DNA of 64,000 bases from Candidatus Velesiimonas alkalicola (GCA_013626165.1 NDHX01000002.1:639-64638), one strand, 5' to 3'. Positions 49,234 through 59,524 are shown, numbered from the stretch's first letter. Notes: a model not told the origin generated them from the letters alone. Numbers and translations are program-made.

Positions 49234-50715
49234 CTATCTGCGTCTCCACATTGTCCCATCTTTTGTATCTTCAAGGATTATTCCACTTTCATAAAGTTTT
49301 TCTCTTATTTCGTCTGCTTGATTGTATTTTTTTTCAGTCCTTGCATGGTTTCTTTCTTGTATAAGTTGTAAGATTGTTTGTTCATCTAATGATTGTTTTT
49401 CTTTTTCAGGGGTTACAAAAAGCCCAAGCATTTTTCCCATCTGTGTTATAAAAAATCTTAAACACCGTAACATATTTATTTTTCTATCCACAGGGATTAA
49501 CATATCATCAAGCAGTCTGTTAGAACGGCTTATAAATTCAAATATAACAGACAACGCCCTTGCAGTATTAAAATTATCATCCATTGCTTTTTCAAATTTT
49601 ATTTTACATTCTTCTACACTGAGGGTAAAAACATCTGCCTGCTTGATAAGTAAATCCATTTCATCTGGCAGGAGCGCGCTTTTTTTTGTTCTATCTTTGG
49701 GAAGTTTTTCAACTCTGTCAAAAAATACCTTTATTCTTTCAAGTGCAGAGGCCGCCCCTTGCATTTTATTCTCTGAATAATCAAGTGGGCTTGAATAATG
49801 TGCCTGAAGAAAAAATATCTTTATTGTATCAGCAGAATATTTCTTTAATACATCACTGATTAAAACTATATTGCCTAGTGACTTTGACATTTTTTCACCG
49901 TTTATTGTTACCATTCCATTGTGAAGCCAGTATGTGGCAAATGGTTTGCCTGTTGCAGATTCACTCTGAGCAATTTCATTTTCATGATGAGGAAACACAA
50001 GATCAAGCCCGCCTGTATGTATATCAAAATGCTCTCCTAAGTAGTACATTGCCATTGCAGAACATTCAATATGCCATCCGGGTCTTCCCTTCCCCCACGG
50101 ACTTTCCCAGTATGGCTCATCAGGCTTTGATGCTTTCCATAATGCAAAATCAAGGGGATTCTCCTTTTTTTCAGATAGTTCAATACGAGCGTCTCCTTGC
50201 ATTTTTTCTATACTTTGGTTTGAAAGTTTTCCATAATTACTAAATTTTTTAACCCTGAAATATACATCACCTTCTTTTACATATGCGAAAGAATTCTGTA
50301 TAAGTTTTTTTATTAACTCCTGCATCTGACCTATATGGTCTGTTGCTTTTGGCTCAATATCAGGAGGTTCAACCCCTATGTCATTCATATCCTGATGAAA
50401 ACTTTGTATATATCTTTCTGTAATTTTTTTTGTAGCAGAAACGATATTCAGAGATGGGTTCAATCCTAACTCTTCCTGGGCTCTTTTTATAATCTTATCA
50501 TCAACATCTGTTATATTCCTTACAGATATTGTCTGAAAACCTTTGTACTTTAGATATCTTCTTATAACATCAAGTGAAAACATTGCACGGGCATGTCCGA
50601 TATGTGCCCCGTCATATACAGTCACACCGCAGGCATATATTTTCACCTTATTTTTTTCAATGGTTTTAAATTCTTCTTTTTGTCTTGTAAGTGTATTATA
50701 TAGAAACAGCGCCAT
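49234..50715 (-). CDS. cysS: Cysteine--tRNA ligase
   Basis: CGVTVY, HIGH, DFALWK, PGWHIECS, KMSKS. Confidence 0.97.
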   Translation of the reverse strand: MALFLYNTLTRQKEEFKTIEKNKVKIYACGVTVYDGAHIGHARAMFSLDVIRRYLKYKGFQTISVRNITDVDDKIIKRAQEELGLNPSLNIVSATKKITERYIQSFHQDMNDIGVEPPDIEPKATDHIGQMQELIKKLIQNSFAYVKEGDVYFRVKKFSNYGKLSNQSIEKMQGDARIELSEKKENPLDFALWKASKPDEPYWESPWGKGRPGWHIECSAMAMYYLGEHFDIHTGGLDLVFPHHENEIAQSESATGKPFATYWLHNGMVTINGEKMSKSLGNIVLISDVLKKYSADTIKIFFLQAHYSSPLDYSENKMQGAASALERIKVFFDRVEKLPKDRTKKSALLPDEMDLLIKQADVFTLSVEECKIKFEKAMDDNFNTARALSVIFEFISRSNRLLDDMLIPVDRKINMLRCLRFFITQMGKMLGLFVTPEKEKQSLDEQTILQLIQERNHARTEKKYNQADEIREKLYESGIILEDTKDGTMWRRR

Positions 50716-50838
50716 ATTTTACCCCAAATGGAAACTACCTGAATATAAGGCAGTTTTCATTATTCTATCTTAAATACAGAATATTTCCATCATTTTTTTA
50801 AGAATAAACCTGTTGCACAATACAACAGGCTGGCCATA

Positions 50839-50866
50839 TTGACTATTTGTAAATAAGTGATATAAT
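50839..50866 (+). promoter_or_regulatory. sigma70 promoter, probably giving a leaderless mRNA
   Basis: TTGACT-16 nt-(TG)-TATAAT ending 7 nt before the ATG at 50874; no SD. Confidence 0.6.
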
Positions 50867-50873
50867 AATTGGT

Positions 50874-51389
50874 ATGGAAAAAGACTTAATAGAAAAAATT
50901 GAACAGGTATGGAAAGATACAACAATTGTAAAACCTTCAAAAAGACGGCTCTACACTTTTAGTGAAACCCGTCTTCCGTATATACTTCTTGCAAAATCAT
51001 TGGTCAGAGATACCGATACGGTTGTAAGAAAAGGAGAAGTAATTGTAGGAAGACCTATCCTCTATAGAGCAGGCGCAAACCATCCGTTGTTAGAAGGCTT
51101 TGGAGATATGAACAAGACACTTAATCATTTTATTCTTTCAAGACTTGCATATATTCCACCTTATAAATACAACAACACTATGCACTGTGTCAAGGTAATA
51201 TCTGAACTTCAAAAAGATCTGATAGAAAAACTTTCAGTTCAGATTGATAGTGAAGAGGATATGCTTACTGCCATAATAAAGGGAAGTCCTTATATGTGGG
51301 AAGTTTCTGTAATGAGATATGTTATAGAAATGATAGCCAATTCACTTCCCTCCAATATTACCGATCTGAAAGAACATGGATTTCTTTAA
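50874..51389 (+). CDS. Conserved-looking hypothetical protein
   Basis: 171 aa ORF with its own promoter; motifs LYTF..T.LPY, TVVRKG, WEVSV; no family recognised. Confidence 0.7.
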   Translation: MEKDLIEKIEQVWKDTTIVKPSKRRLYTFSETRLPYILLAKSLVRDTDTVVRKGEVIVGRPILYRAGANHPLLEGFGDMNKTLNHFILSRLAYIPPYKYNNTMHCVKVISELQKDLIEKLSVQIDSEEDMLTAIIKGSPYMWEVSVMRYVIEMIANSLPSNITDLKEHGFL

Positions 51390-52155
51390 AACTAAAATAT
51401 TATATATTTTTCTGCCTGTGCTTATCTGTGGGTGTGTTACAACCGAATATAACCCAGCCTCAAAAACAGAGGATATTATCTTTATAAGCACAGAAAAAGA
51501 GGTAAGAATGGGACGAAGAATTGCAGATTCGGTTGAAAGAGAATTTAAACTTTTAGAAGATAAAAAAACACAGGAAAAAATTCAGTCCATAGGTGAAAAG
51601 ATTGTGGCTGTAAGTGATAGGCAAGAGATAGTGTATTATTTTAAGGTACTGGATGATGAAAAGCAGGTAAATGCATTTGCATTGCCGGGTGGTTATGTTT
51701 ATATCTTTACAGGGCTTCTAAAAAGATTAAAAACAGATGATGAGATTGCCGCTGTTCTTGCACACGAAGTAGGACATATAGCCGCAAGACACAGTGTAAA
51801 AAAACTACAAGGGGCAATGGGACTTACATTATTCCAAATTCTTGCAGGTACAGCAGGAGAAAATATCAGTGTACGGGGAAATATAAACTATGCACTCGCA
51901 CAGATAATGGCTGGTTACAGTTGGGAAGATGAGATCCTTGCCGATAAATTAAGTGTGAAATATACGAAATTAGCAGGTTATAATCCTGAAGCCGTTCTTA
52001 CAGTTTTAGAGATGATGAAAGAAAAAATGTGGAAAGATCCTATAAGACCCCACAGGTCCATAAGAACACATCCCCGTTTTGATGAAAGAATAGCGGCGGT
52101 TAAACAGGAAATCTATGGGCAGGTAAGCTTCGAATCTCAGATAAATATAAGATAA
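51376..52155 (+). CDS. M48 family metalloprotease lipoprotein (BepA/YfgC-like)
   Basis: Lipobox ICGC, NAFALPGG, AHEVGH, E..AD, THP. Confidence 0.92.
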   Translation: MDFFKTKILYIFLPVLICGCVTTEYNPASKTEDIIFISTEKEVRMGRRIADSVEREFKLLEDKKTQEKIQSIGEKIVAVSDRQEIVYYFKVLDDEKQVNAFALPGGYVYIFTGLLKRLKTDDEIAAVLAHEVGHIAARHSVKKLQGAMGLTLFQILAGTAGENISVRGNINYALAQIMAGYSWEDEILADKLSVKYTKLAGYNPEAVLTVLEMMKEKMWKDPIRPHRSIRTHPRFDERIAAVKQEIYGQVSFESQINIR

Positions 52156-52279
52156 CAAGTGTCCCTTCCCGCCTGTGAGATAAGAAAGGTTCTATGTATT
52201 TGTGGTTGCGTCAAACTCAAAGAGAATGTTTATCTTGAAATAGAAAAAAGCAAAATCCAAAACTGGATGAATATGTAAA

Positions 52280-52957
52280 TCAATTAATAAATCGGTATTT
52301 TAATAGTGTCCAGATAGCTTCAATGCCATCTTTCCATTTTATCTTCTTCCCTTCCTTGACACTTCTGGGATAATAAGAAATTGGCACTTCTGTAATTTTA
52401 TATCCTTTTTTTCTGACTTTTGCAGTAATCTCCGGACAAAATTCAAAACCCTTACATTTTAAATTTATCTCCTTTATAACTTTCGTTTTGAACATTTTAT
52501 AACAGGTTGACTCATCAGTAATGCCGGCATTATAGAAAAAATTGGCAAGAAAGGAAAGAATCCTGCCCCCTAAATAGAAAAAGAAAGATGATTTTTTCCC
52601 CTTACCAAGAATTCTTGAACCATAAACGACACTTAAATTATTTTTTTCCATTATTTTTAGCATCTCAATCCAGTCATTCGGTTCATATTCTAAATCTGCA
52701 TCTTGGATAACCACGACTTCACCAGTAATATGTTTCAATCCTTCTCTTACGGCGGCGCCTTTTCCTTCATTGTTTTCTTTCAAAATTATCTTAATGCCCT
52801 CTTCTTTTATTTTATTTAAAATCTCTCTTGTGCCATCCGTACTGCCATCATCTACAATAATTATCTCTTTATCAATGGGAACATTTTTAACTTTTTCTAA
52901 TATCTTCAAAACAGTTTTTTTTTCATTATAAGTCGGCATTATAATTGAAATCTTCAT
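52280..52957 (-). CDS. GT2 glycosyltransferase (polyprenol-phosphate glycosyltransferase-like)
   Basis: PTYNE, VDDGSTDGT, GKGAA, QDADLEY, EGKKI.WKDG. Confidence 0.93.
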   Translation of the reverse strand: MKISIIMPTYNEKKTVLKILEKVKNVPIDKEIIIVDDGSTDGTREILNKIKEEGIKIILKENNEGKGAAVREGLKHITGEVVVIQDADLEYEPNDWIEMLKIMEKNNLSVVYGSRILGKGKKSSFFFYLGGRILSFLANFFYNAGITDESTCYKMFKTKVIKEINLKCKGFEFCPEITAKVRKKGYKITEVPISYYPRSVKEGKKIKWKDGIEAIWTLLKYRFIN

Positions 52958-53149
52958 CTTATAAAAATCCTTCTCTTCCGAATGTTTATTTTGTGAAAAA
53001 CACCCTTGATTATACAAACCGTAGAGAGCTTAACCCGAGCCTATCTTTCTTGCCTGTGGTGTTTAAAACACCTATCATTTATCTGAAGATCCACTTACAA
53101 TATAGGTAGACTAAACTTATGCAACGGTGCACTATCCAATTTCCTTCAG

Positions 53150-53205
53150 AATCCCTCCCTATACCCCCCGCCCGAGGGGAGGGAGTGGGTGGGGGTTCAT
53201 TTTCC
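53150..53205. repeat. Family A core variant
   Basis: aatccctcc...ggagggagtgggtgggggttcattttcc with a different apex. Confidence 0.6.
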
Positions 53206-53206
53206 T

Positions 53207-54100
53207 TTAACCTTCCAGACTCTTTTTTCGGGCAATGACCTCAAAAGCAACGGCGCTCTTCCTTGTGAAAGGCCGCAACGAAAAGGTTTCAATTTCAAAG
53301 TTGTTACGGCGAAGCACCCGTTTCAGGGAAGACGGCGTGAAGAAGACTTCTGAAAGGCGACGACTGCCCAGCCGGACTGTCAATTGCAGACCGGTTGCCG
53401 CAAAGAGGCAACCGTTAAGAAAGACAAAGAGAAAGTAACAGAGCCATATTGGCCTCTGCAAAACAATTCTCATGCGGGAGAAATAATAGCGGCCGGTCAT
53501 TACCATAAGATAAACTCGCCCGCCCGGGAGCAGGGAATAATTAAATCTGGCAAGGGTTTTGGCCACCCTTAATTTCTGAAGCACGCCTCTACAGATAAGA
53601 TGAGTGAAAAAACCTTTCGGAAGGAAATATTTTTCCATTCTTGCCTCTAAAAAGTTGTAACGCTCCGCAGGGATTCCTTCTTGCGAGAACAAAAATTTGG
53701 CAAAGTTAATCGCATTGTGGTCACGGTCAACACCGAAGACCTTTTTCGGCACATACTTTTGTATGGCAAAAAGGGTCTGGCCTCCGCCGCAGCCGATATC
53801 AGCCACGATTGATTCAGAATCAATCTTTAACTGCTGTAAAATCTCATCAATCTTTCTTTCTTTAACCTGGCCGACGTATTCCAGGAGGTTGTAGGCAAGT
53901 GAAGAACCAAGCGGAGTAAGGGATAAACGGCCTCTCTTTTTTATGGCAAGACCCAAAGAAACAAGATTTTCAATTTCAGGAGCACCAGGGTAATTTCCAA
54001 GTCCCTGTTCGTAAAGATACAGGGCACCCAACGCTTCCCTTTTGCTCCGGCCTGTCCAGAGCTGACGGAAAACATCTTCCGTAGAAAGATTTTCCTGCAT
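53207..54100 (-). CDS. Class I SAM-dependent methyltransferase
   Basis: VADIGCGGG, GVD, LLPGGR; N-terminal winged-helix-like segment. Confidence 0.85.
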   Translation of the reverse strand: MQENLSTEDVFRQLWTGRSKREALGALYLYEQGLGNYPGAPEIENLVSLGLAIKKRGRLSLTPLGSSLAYNLLEYVGQVKERKIDEILQQLKIDSESIVADIGCGGGQTLFAIQKYVPKKVFGVDRDHNAINFAKFLFSQEGIPAERYNFLEARMEKYFLPKGFFTHLICRGVLQKLRVAKTLARFNYSLLPGGRVYLMVMTGRYYFSRMRIVLQRPIWLCYFLFVFLNGCLFAATGLQLTVRLGSRRLSEVFFTPSSLKRVLRRNNFEIETFSLRPFTRKSAVAFEVIARKKSLEG

Positions 54101-54107
54101 TGTAGTT

Positions 54108-54854
54108 TTATTTCCTTGACGGTAAGCCGAACAAAAAAATTAACCGGTAACGGAGTACAAGTACAATCATCCTTACAGCCAGCCAAAAGGTCTTTCCTTT
54201 ATGGCCGGTTACCGAGGAATGGCCAACGCGCGGCAGGTAATTTACCGGTATTTCTATGTATTTAAGTCTGTTCAATGCAACCAAAATCATCATCTCCGGG
54301 CCAAGATGTTCTCCATAAACGGTGAACCGGGGTTCAATCTTTCTTAATGCATCTCTTTTAATAAGTCGCATTGTACATCCCACATCGGTAAAGGTAGTGG
54401 TGTTGAAAAAGAATTCCAGCATCTTTGCGACCGCCCAGTTTCCCCACTTCAAAAAAGGTCCCATATTGGCGCCTTTCCAAATTAGAACAGAAGTTGTCCG
54501 GGTGCCGAAGACCGTGTCAAAATCATCGGCATAAGCCAGAAACTTGAAGATATCTCGGGCAAGGAAAGTTCCATCCGGCTCGCAGAGTACGATGATGTCG
54601 CCAGCGGCCTCCTTAAACCCCCGCCTGATGGCAGCTCCGTAACCCTGTCTCTTCTCAAAGACTTCCCTGGCAACGGTCTTCGCCACCTCTTCGCTGGTGC
54701 CCGGGACAGCATTGTTATTTACAACGATAACCTCGTCCACCACGCCGGTCTGGAAAAACTCTTCAATTACCCGGCGGATGGAATCCTTTTCGTTATAGGT
54801 CGGCAAGATTACAGAGACAGTCTTTTTATGCCACATTTTTCTTCTTGCGGACAA
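54108..54854 (-). CDS. GT2 glycosyltransferase
   Basis: LPTYNE, QGYGAA, EPDGT, TDVGC, EIPVNY.PRVG.S. Confidence 0.9.
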   Translation of the reverse strand: MSARRKMWHKKTVSVILPTYNEKDSIRRVIEEFFQTGVVDEVIVVNNNAVPGTSEEVAKTVAREVFEKRQGYGAAIRRGFKEAAGDIIVLCEPDGTFLARDIFKFLAYADDFDTVFGTRTTSVLIWKGANMGPFLKWGNWAVAKMLEFFFNTTTFTDVGCTMRLIKRDALRKIEPRFTVYGEHLGPEMMILVALNRLKYIEIPVNYLPRVGHSSVTGHKGKTFWLAVRMIVLVLRYRLIFLFGLPSRK

Positions 54855-55473
54855 TTATCAACATCTGCCGACCCCAGGGTTTGAACGGCAACCGTAGATA
54901 AATTCTCACCAGAAATGCAAGCTTCGGTAACCGGGTGTGAAAAGAAAAAGGGAGAAATCTCGCAAACTTCTGTTCTAAAATAAATCCTTTGCTGGCCAGA
55001 TAGTCGGAAAGGCTGGTCTCGGTAAAAATTGTACGATGGGTGTAGTCATCAAAGTAACCGCGGTAAGCATATTTAAAATTTGGCTGTATGATAATCCAGC
55101 AACCACCCTCGGGGAGAATTCGTCTCACCTGAAAAGCAACCCGCTCTATTTCCGGCCAATTTAGATGTTCCAAAAAATTACTGGAAAAAACCAGCCCCAC
55201 AGAATTGTTCGCAAACTGTTCCAGCACTTCTTCGGTTTTACCCACCAGAGGCTTAACTCCTGCTGCCGTGTATTTACTTAAATTTTCATTTACATCCAGA
55301 GCGTATCGGTCCTGCGCTCCAACCTGATTGATAAAATCGCAATATCCGGCGCCCAAATCTAAAACTGCACCTTCTTTCGGAATGAACTTCTTCAGGTAAC
55401 GAACAATCTCTCTCCAGACAGCCCCTCGGTTTTTATCATTCAGGAACCGTATGCGGTAATAACCGTCAGACAC
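54826..55473 (-). CDS. Class I SAM-dependent methyltransferase
   Basis: VLDLGAG, SNFLEHL, YFDDYTH. GTG start follows aaggag. Confidence 0.88.
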   Translation of the reverse strand: MSDGYYRIRFLNDKNRGAVWREIVRYLKKFIPKEGAVLDLGAGYCDFINQVGAQDRYALDVNENLSKYTAAGVKPLVGKTEEVLEQFANNSVGLVFSSNFLEHLNWPEIERVAFQVRRILPEGGCWIIIQPNFKYAYRGYFDDYTHRTIFTETSLSDYLASKGFILEQKFARFLPFSFHTRLPKLAFLVRIYLRLPFKPWGRQMLIIVRKKKNVA

Positions 55474-55474
55474 C

Positions 55475-56722
55475 TCAACTCCTTTTTCGAAATAACCATA
55501 ATTGGTAAATTCCATAAATGGCAAATAAGGTTATATAAGGCATAATCGGAAATCTGTATCTGATGACAACCCTGCCAAGTATAGTTAAAAAAGAATAGGA
55601 AAAGACAAGGGTAAGAAGAAGCAGGCTCTGCCGCCAGTTCTTGAGAGAAAGAAACGCACCCACTACAAAGAGCATAATAATTATGCCGGAGGTCAAAAGA
55701 CTAACCCAGAGGTGAACCTTTCCGTAGGTATGGTCAGCCACGCCCGCACCCAAGTGCGGATAAAACCTCCAGAAACGAAAAAACCGGTTGACGACCAGCC
55801 TGACATAATCTTTTGGATGCGCAAAAATAAATTCAAATGCTTGATGCCGGTACCAGTTGTGCACCTCAACCTCCGACATTCCTTCAAATAAAGAAGGGTC
55901 TTCACTACGGAAAAAACCCGCATGATTGTCAATTTTTTTGACCACCGCAGGATTGTTTGCTATGTAAAAAACTTCGCCGGTCACCGTGGGAATTATTACT
56001 AAACGATGGTGAATAGCATAATTACGGATGACCCAGGGCGAAAAAGTAACCATAAAGATGAGAAAAACGAAGCAAGTATTTCGGAACGCTTTTGTTCGAT
56101 CGCGCTGGGTCAGAAAAAAAGTGATGAGCAATAAAGGGGTAATCAATATCGTTTGAGCCCTGGTAAGGGCCGCCAGACCAAGGAAAAAACCGGCCAGGAA
56201 GAGATTCCACCGGGAAGGATTCCTGAAATTTTCCGTCAGAAAAAGTATCGGCAACATTAACATGAAAACGTGGAAGGATTCCCGTGCAAGATAACCGCTC
56301 CAGAAGACAGACTCCGGTAAGAGACCGAACACCAGGGCCGAGGTCATTCCTATTGATGTAGAATTAAAGGTATTCTGACCAATCCGGTAGAGTAAAACCG
56401 CAGACAGGCTTCCTAAAATCGCTAAAAGAATCTTGGCCACCAGGTAGTTCTCACCAAAAAAGAAGAAGACGGGGACTAAAAATAAAGTAAATCCTGGTTC
56501 CCTCCAGGAATAAAGCGGTTCCGTGCCTGGATAAATGGAAACACTGCGGGGCATGGAATAACCCCGGCCCTGAATGATTGACCAGGCCGCCTCCTTGACA
56601 CCCTCCTCGTTCCACTCGTCAACGGTATTGTCAAGTGTGGCAATCCAGACAAGCCTTAAAGCCAGCGCCAGCAAAAAAATAACCGTTAATTTTTTCTTAA
56701 GCAAACCGAAGCCTTTCATCAC
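55475..56722 (-). CDS. GT-C membrane glycosyltransferase (ArnT/PMT, GT39-like)
   Basis: Multiple TM helices, R.PG, E, LTR, PW.IRN, RYR.P. Confidence 0.85.
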   Translation of the reverse strand: MMKGFGLLKKKLTVIFLLALALRLVWIATLDNTVDEWNEEGVKEAAWSIIQGRGYSMPRSVSIYPGTEPLYSWREPGFTLFLVPVFFFFGENYLVAKILLAILGSLSAVLLYRIGQNTFNSTSIGMTSALVFGLLPESVFWSGYLARESFHVFMLMLPILFLTENFRNPSRWNLFLAGFFLGLAALTRAQTILITPLLLITFFLTQRDRTKAFRNTCFVFLIFMVTFSPWVIRNYAIHHRLVIIPTVTGEVFYIANNPAVVKKIDNHAGFFRSEDPSLFEGMSEVEVHNWYRHQAFEFIFAHPKDYVRLVVNRFFRFWRFYPHLGAGVADHTYGKVHLWVSLLTSGIIIMLFVVGAFLSLKNWRQSLLLLTLVFSYSFLTILGRVVIRYRFPIMPYITLFAIYGIYQLWLFRKRS

Positions 56723-56833
56723 TCTTCTTTCCCGTGTCTTTGCAATAATAGATTAAATTTGTAACTATTTACCCATTAGAAATAACGGCCGAATGTCATT
56801 TATAGTTCTCCGCACAACCTCGCTGTTTGACAA

Positions 56834-57031
56834 TCATTCGTAATAAATATCATCGGGCACATTGTCGCGGTAAATGTTGTCGTCAGGTATACTCAAGTGG
56901 AGGGTGGAACAACCCGAAACCCAGATGGCACCGCCCTCATCAGCCGTATTTCGTTGCCCGTAAAAGCAGTCGTTCGTGTACTGTGTAAAAAAACAGCCGA
57001 CGGAATACGATATATGGCTTTTATTTGTCAC
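56834..57031 (-). pseudogene. C-terminal remnant of a parallel beta-helix protein
   Basis: NTADEGGAIW..N.PDDIYY resembles polymorphic beta-helix repeats. Confidence 0.4.
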
Positions 57032-57059
57032 CTGTTTCCTATGTTCTGAAATCTCTACT

Positions 57060-57776
57060 CTATTTTATAACCATCACTTCTGCTGACCTTATTGTCTTTT
57101 GCATCCCGCTGTCAAGCCTTACCAACAAAGAACCATCTGTATTTAAACCTATGCAATAGCCTTCAAATCTTTTTTTCTTTTCTTTTATTGTTGCACTTCT
57201 TCCTAATGTCTCACACAGTAGTGTTGCCTCTTTTATAATAATATCGGACTTGTATTTTGATTCCCTATATAATGTGTCGCAAGAATCAACAATATTTACA
57301 AGAAGGGTTCTTCTTTCAAGGTGTGTCTTTTTTATCAAGGACAAGGATGTTGCAGATTCAGGTAATTCATTTTTTTTTGAATTAACATTTATACCGATGC
57401 CCACAACAAAATATTCATCATCAGGAGAACCTTCTACCAGGACCCCACATATTTTTTTATTTTCAAATAAAAGGTCGTTAGGCCATCTTAAAAAAGTCGT
57501 AATATTAAATTTTTTTTTAAGAACATTTGCAACTGCAACAGAGGCAAGAAGTGAAATCTTATCTTGTAAAAAAGAACCGCAAGACTTAAAAATTATGGAG
57601 AAAAGAAGGTCTTTACCCTGTTGACTTTCCCATGTTCTTCCCTGTCTTCCTCTTCCTTTGGTTTGAAAATCAGAGACAATAACAGTTCCTTGCGGGAAAC
57701 CACGCTTTGCAAGCGATAATGCAACATCATTTGTAGATGTAGTTTTTTTAAACCATAATATCTGGCCTTTATTCAT
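57060..57776 (-). CDS. birA: Biotin--protein ligase (no HTH domain)
   Basis: STN, QTKGRGRQGR.W, WPND, KICGVL, GIGIN. Confidence 0.94.
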   Translation of the reverse strand: MNKGQILWFKKTTSTNDVALSLAKRGFPQGTVIVSDFQTKGRGRQGRTWESQQGKDLLFSIIFKSCGSFLQDKISLLASVAVANVLKKKFNITTFLRWPNDLLFENKKICGVLVEGSPDDEYFVVGIGINVNSKKNELPESATSLSLIKKTHLERRTLLVNIVDSCDTLYRESKYKSDIIIKEATLLCETLGRSATIKEKKKRFEGYCIGLNTDGSLLVRLDSGMQKTIRSAEVMVIK

Positions 57777-58581
57777 TGCCCAATAACTCTTTTATTTTTA
57801 ACTGGACATCTTCTGCTGTTATAAGCGTTTCTCCGACAAGTATTGCTTGGACACCAAGTGATTGCAGGTGCAGGACATCCTCATAATTTTTTATCCCGCT
57901 TTCCGATACGACAACCCTGTCTTTCGGGATATGTTTTATAATTTGTTCGGTGGTGTTGAGATTAAGGTCCAATGTTTCAAGGTTTCTGTTGTTTATTCCT
58001 ATGATATTGATTTTTTCCTTGCAGTCAAGCACACATTTTAGTTCTTCTTCGGTGTGAACTTCGCACAACACCTGCATGCCTAAACTATGACTAAGGTGTG
58101 AAAAATTCTCAAGTTCCTTAAGTGTTAGTATGCCTGCTATAAGAAGCACTGCATCTGCGCCGGAAGCATAAGACTGATATATCTGATACTTATCAATTAT
58201 AAACTCTTTTCTTAATACGGGGATATGGACAGTTTTTTTTACATCTTCAAGGTCTTTTAAGCTTCCGCCAAAAAACTCTGTATCTGTTAAAACAGATATT
58301 GCAGAAGCACCTGAAGCCTCATATATTTGTGCAAGCACAACAGGATTAAGACGCCCCACCAATATACCTTTAGAAGGAGATTTTCTTTTTATTTCGGCAA
58401 TAAGGCTGATGTGGTGGGATTTATTTATTGCAGTACATAATGATTTCGTCTTAAAATTAACTTTCTTGCACCTTTTAATAATTGAATTAAGAGAAACAAT
58501 ATTTTTTGCTTTCTCAATCTCTATTTTTTTATTTTCAAGTATTTTATTCAGATACATATTTTTAAGATTATCCCCGTTCAT
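57769..58581 (-). CDS. trpC: Indole-3-glycerol phosphate synthase
   Basis: IAEIKRKSPSKG, SVLT, LRKEF, EVH, GINNR, SESGI, LVGE. Confidence 0.96.
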   Translation of the reverse strand: MNGDNLKNMYLNKILENKKIEIEKAKNIVSLNSIIKRCKKVNFKTKSLCTAINKSHHISLIAEIKRKSPSKGILVGRLNPVVLAQIYEASGASAISVLTDTEFFGGSLKDLEDVKKTVHIPVLRKEFIIDKYQIYQSYASGADAVLLIAGILTLKELENFSHLSHSLGMQVLCEVHTEEELKCVLDCKEKINIIGINNRNLETLDLNLNTTEQIIKHIPKDRVVVSESGIKNYEDVLHLQSLGVQAILVGETLITAEDVQLKIKELLGNE

Positions 58582-58820
58582 TTTTTAAATATCATAGGCT
58601 TATTACAACAAAAAGGTTCTACTTTGCCAGTGGTTTTTTTATTAACGCAGCCTCCAAGCCACAAACAGAACAGTAGAATATTTTTAAAAGACAGGATGTG
58701 ATTTTCCATTGGTTTATTGTAGCATACAGGAGAAGGCTTAACCCCCTTATAAAAGACAACTGTAACCTCCGGACCACAAACAGAGCATATAAGCACACTC
58801 CCAATCTTGCACTGTATCAT
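58578..58820 (-). pseudogene. Tandem two-domain desulforedoxin-like protein with internal frameshifts
   Basis: CSVCG...PVC(Y)NKPM, then FYCSVCG in another frame, then EPFCCNKPM. Confidence 0.65.
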
Positions 58821-59024
58821 TTCTTCTTCTTGTCAGACATTAAAGGCTCCATCATTTTTCCACAACATACATATCGGCTCAAGATTTCCAATATCTTTCT
58901 TTGTAACCATCAATATATTCTCGCACCTATTACAGTGATATGCCTTACCAACATTTATGGTCCAGACATTTATCCAATCCTTTGCGCTCTATTTTCCTTC
59001 TATTATCTTTCTTATATTTCTCAT
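58817..59024 (-). pseudogene. Desulforedoxin-like protein, disrupted
   Basis: GKAYHCNRCENILMV...LEPI(CC)GKMM with an in-frame TAG at 58989 and a 4-bp duplication at 58865-58872. Confidence 0.65.
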
Positions 59025-59239
59025 CTTTTAAGGTAACTGGAAAACCGGTCTCTTAAGAGCACCAGTGCACCAGTTACCACACCCAGAGGGTACCCGAAGA
59101 TACAAATCCCAAACAAATCTCAAAACCCAAATTTTCCTCACTTTCTGGATACCAACAATTTTATACTCATCTAACGGCAAGTATCTTTACCGAATTTGGT
59201 GATAAACGCCATTGTGTTTCCTGCAAAAAAAAGGGCTGG

Positions 59240-59524
59240 CTTGTTCCCCCCCACATTTAGCCTGCGTCTATAAATCAGGAGCAACCATACAAATTTTTAA
59301 ATTTCTTTCCTTAAAAAAGTTTTTTACCTGCTCAACATTTTTATCATTTATTATATGCCAGTTGCTAACCAGCTCTAAACCATCTAATTTCCTTACCTTC
59401 ATAGCAATATCAAGCATCTCTTCTGTTGTCTTTCCGCCACACCTTCGTAGCCTGAAAGACAATACCTGTCTGCATAAGACCCAAATGTTGGCAGATACGC
59501 CCCAAATTTGTATTTATCTATCAT
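59240..59524 (-). pseudogene. Xylose isomerase-like TIM barrel, N-terminal remnant
   Basis: MIDKYKFGAYLPTFGSYADRYCLSGY, frameshift, EEMLD...LDGLEL..WH...APDL, stop. Confidence 0.65.

Noticed and set aside
58989-58991. Stop-codon recoding (pyrrolysine or alternative genetic code)
   Set aside because: In-frame stops occur only in genes that also carry frameshifts; TAG and TGA end many intact genes normally.
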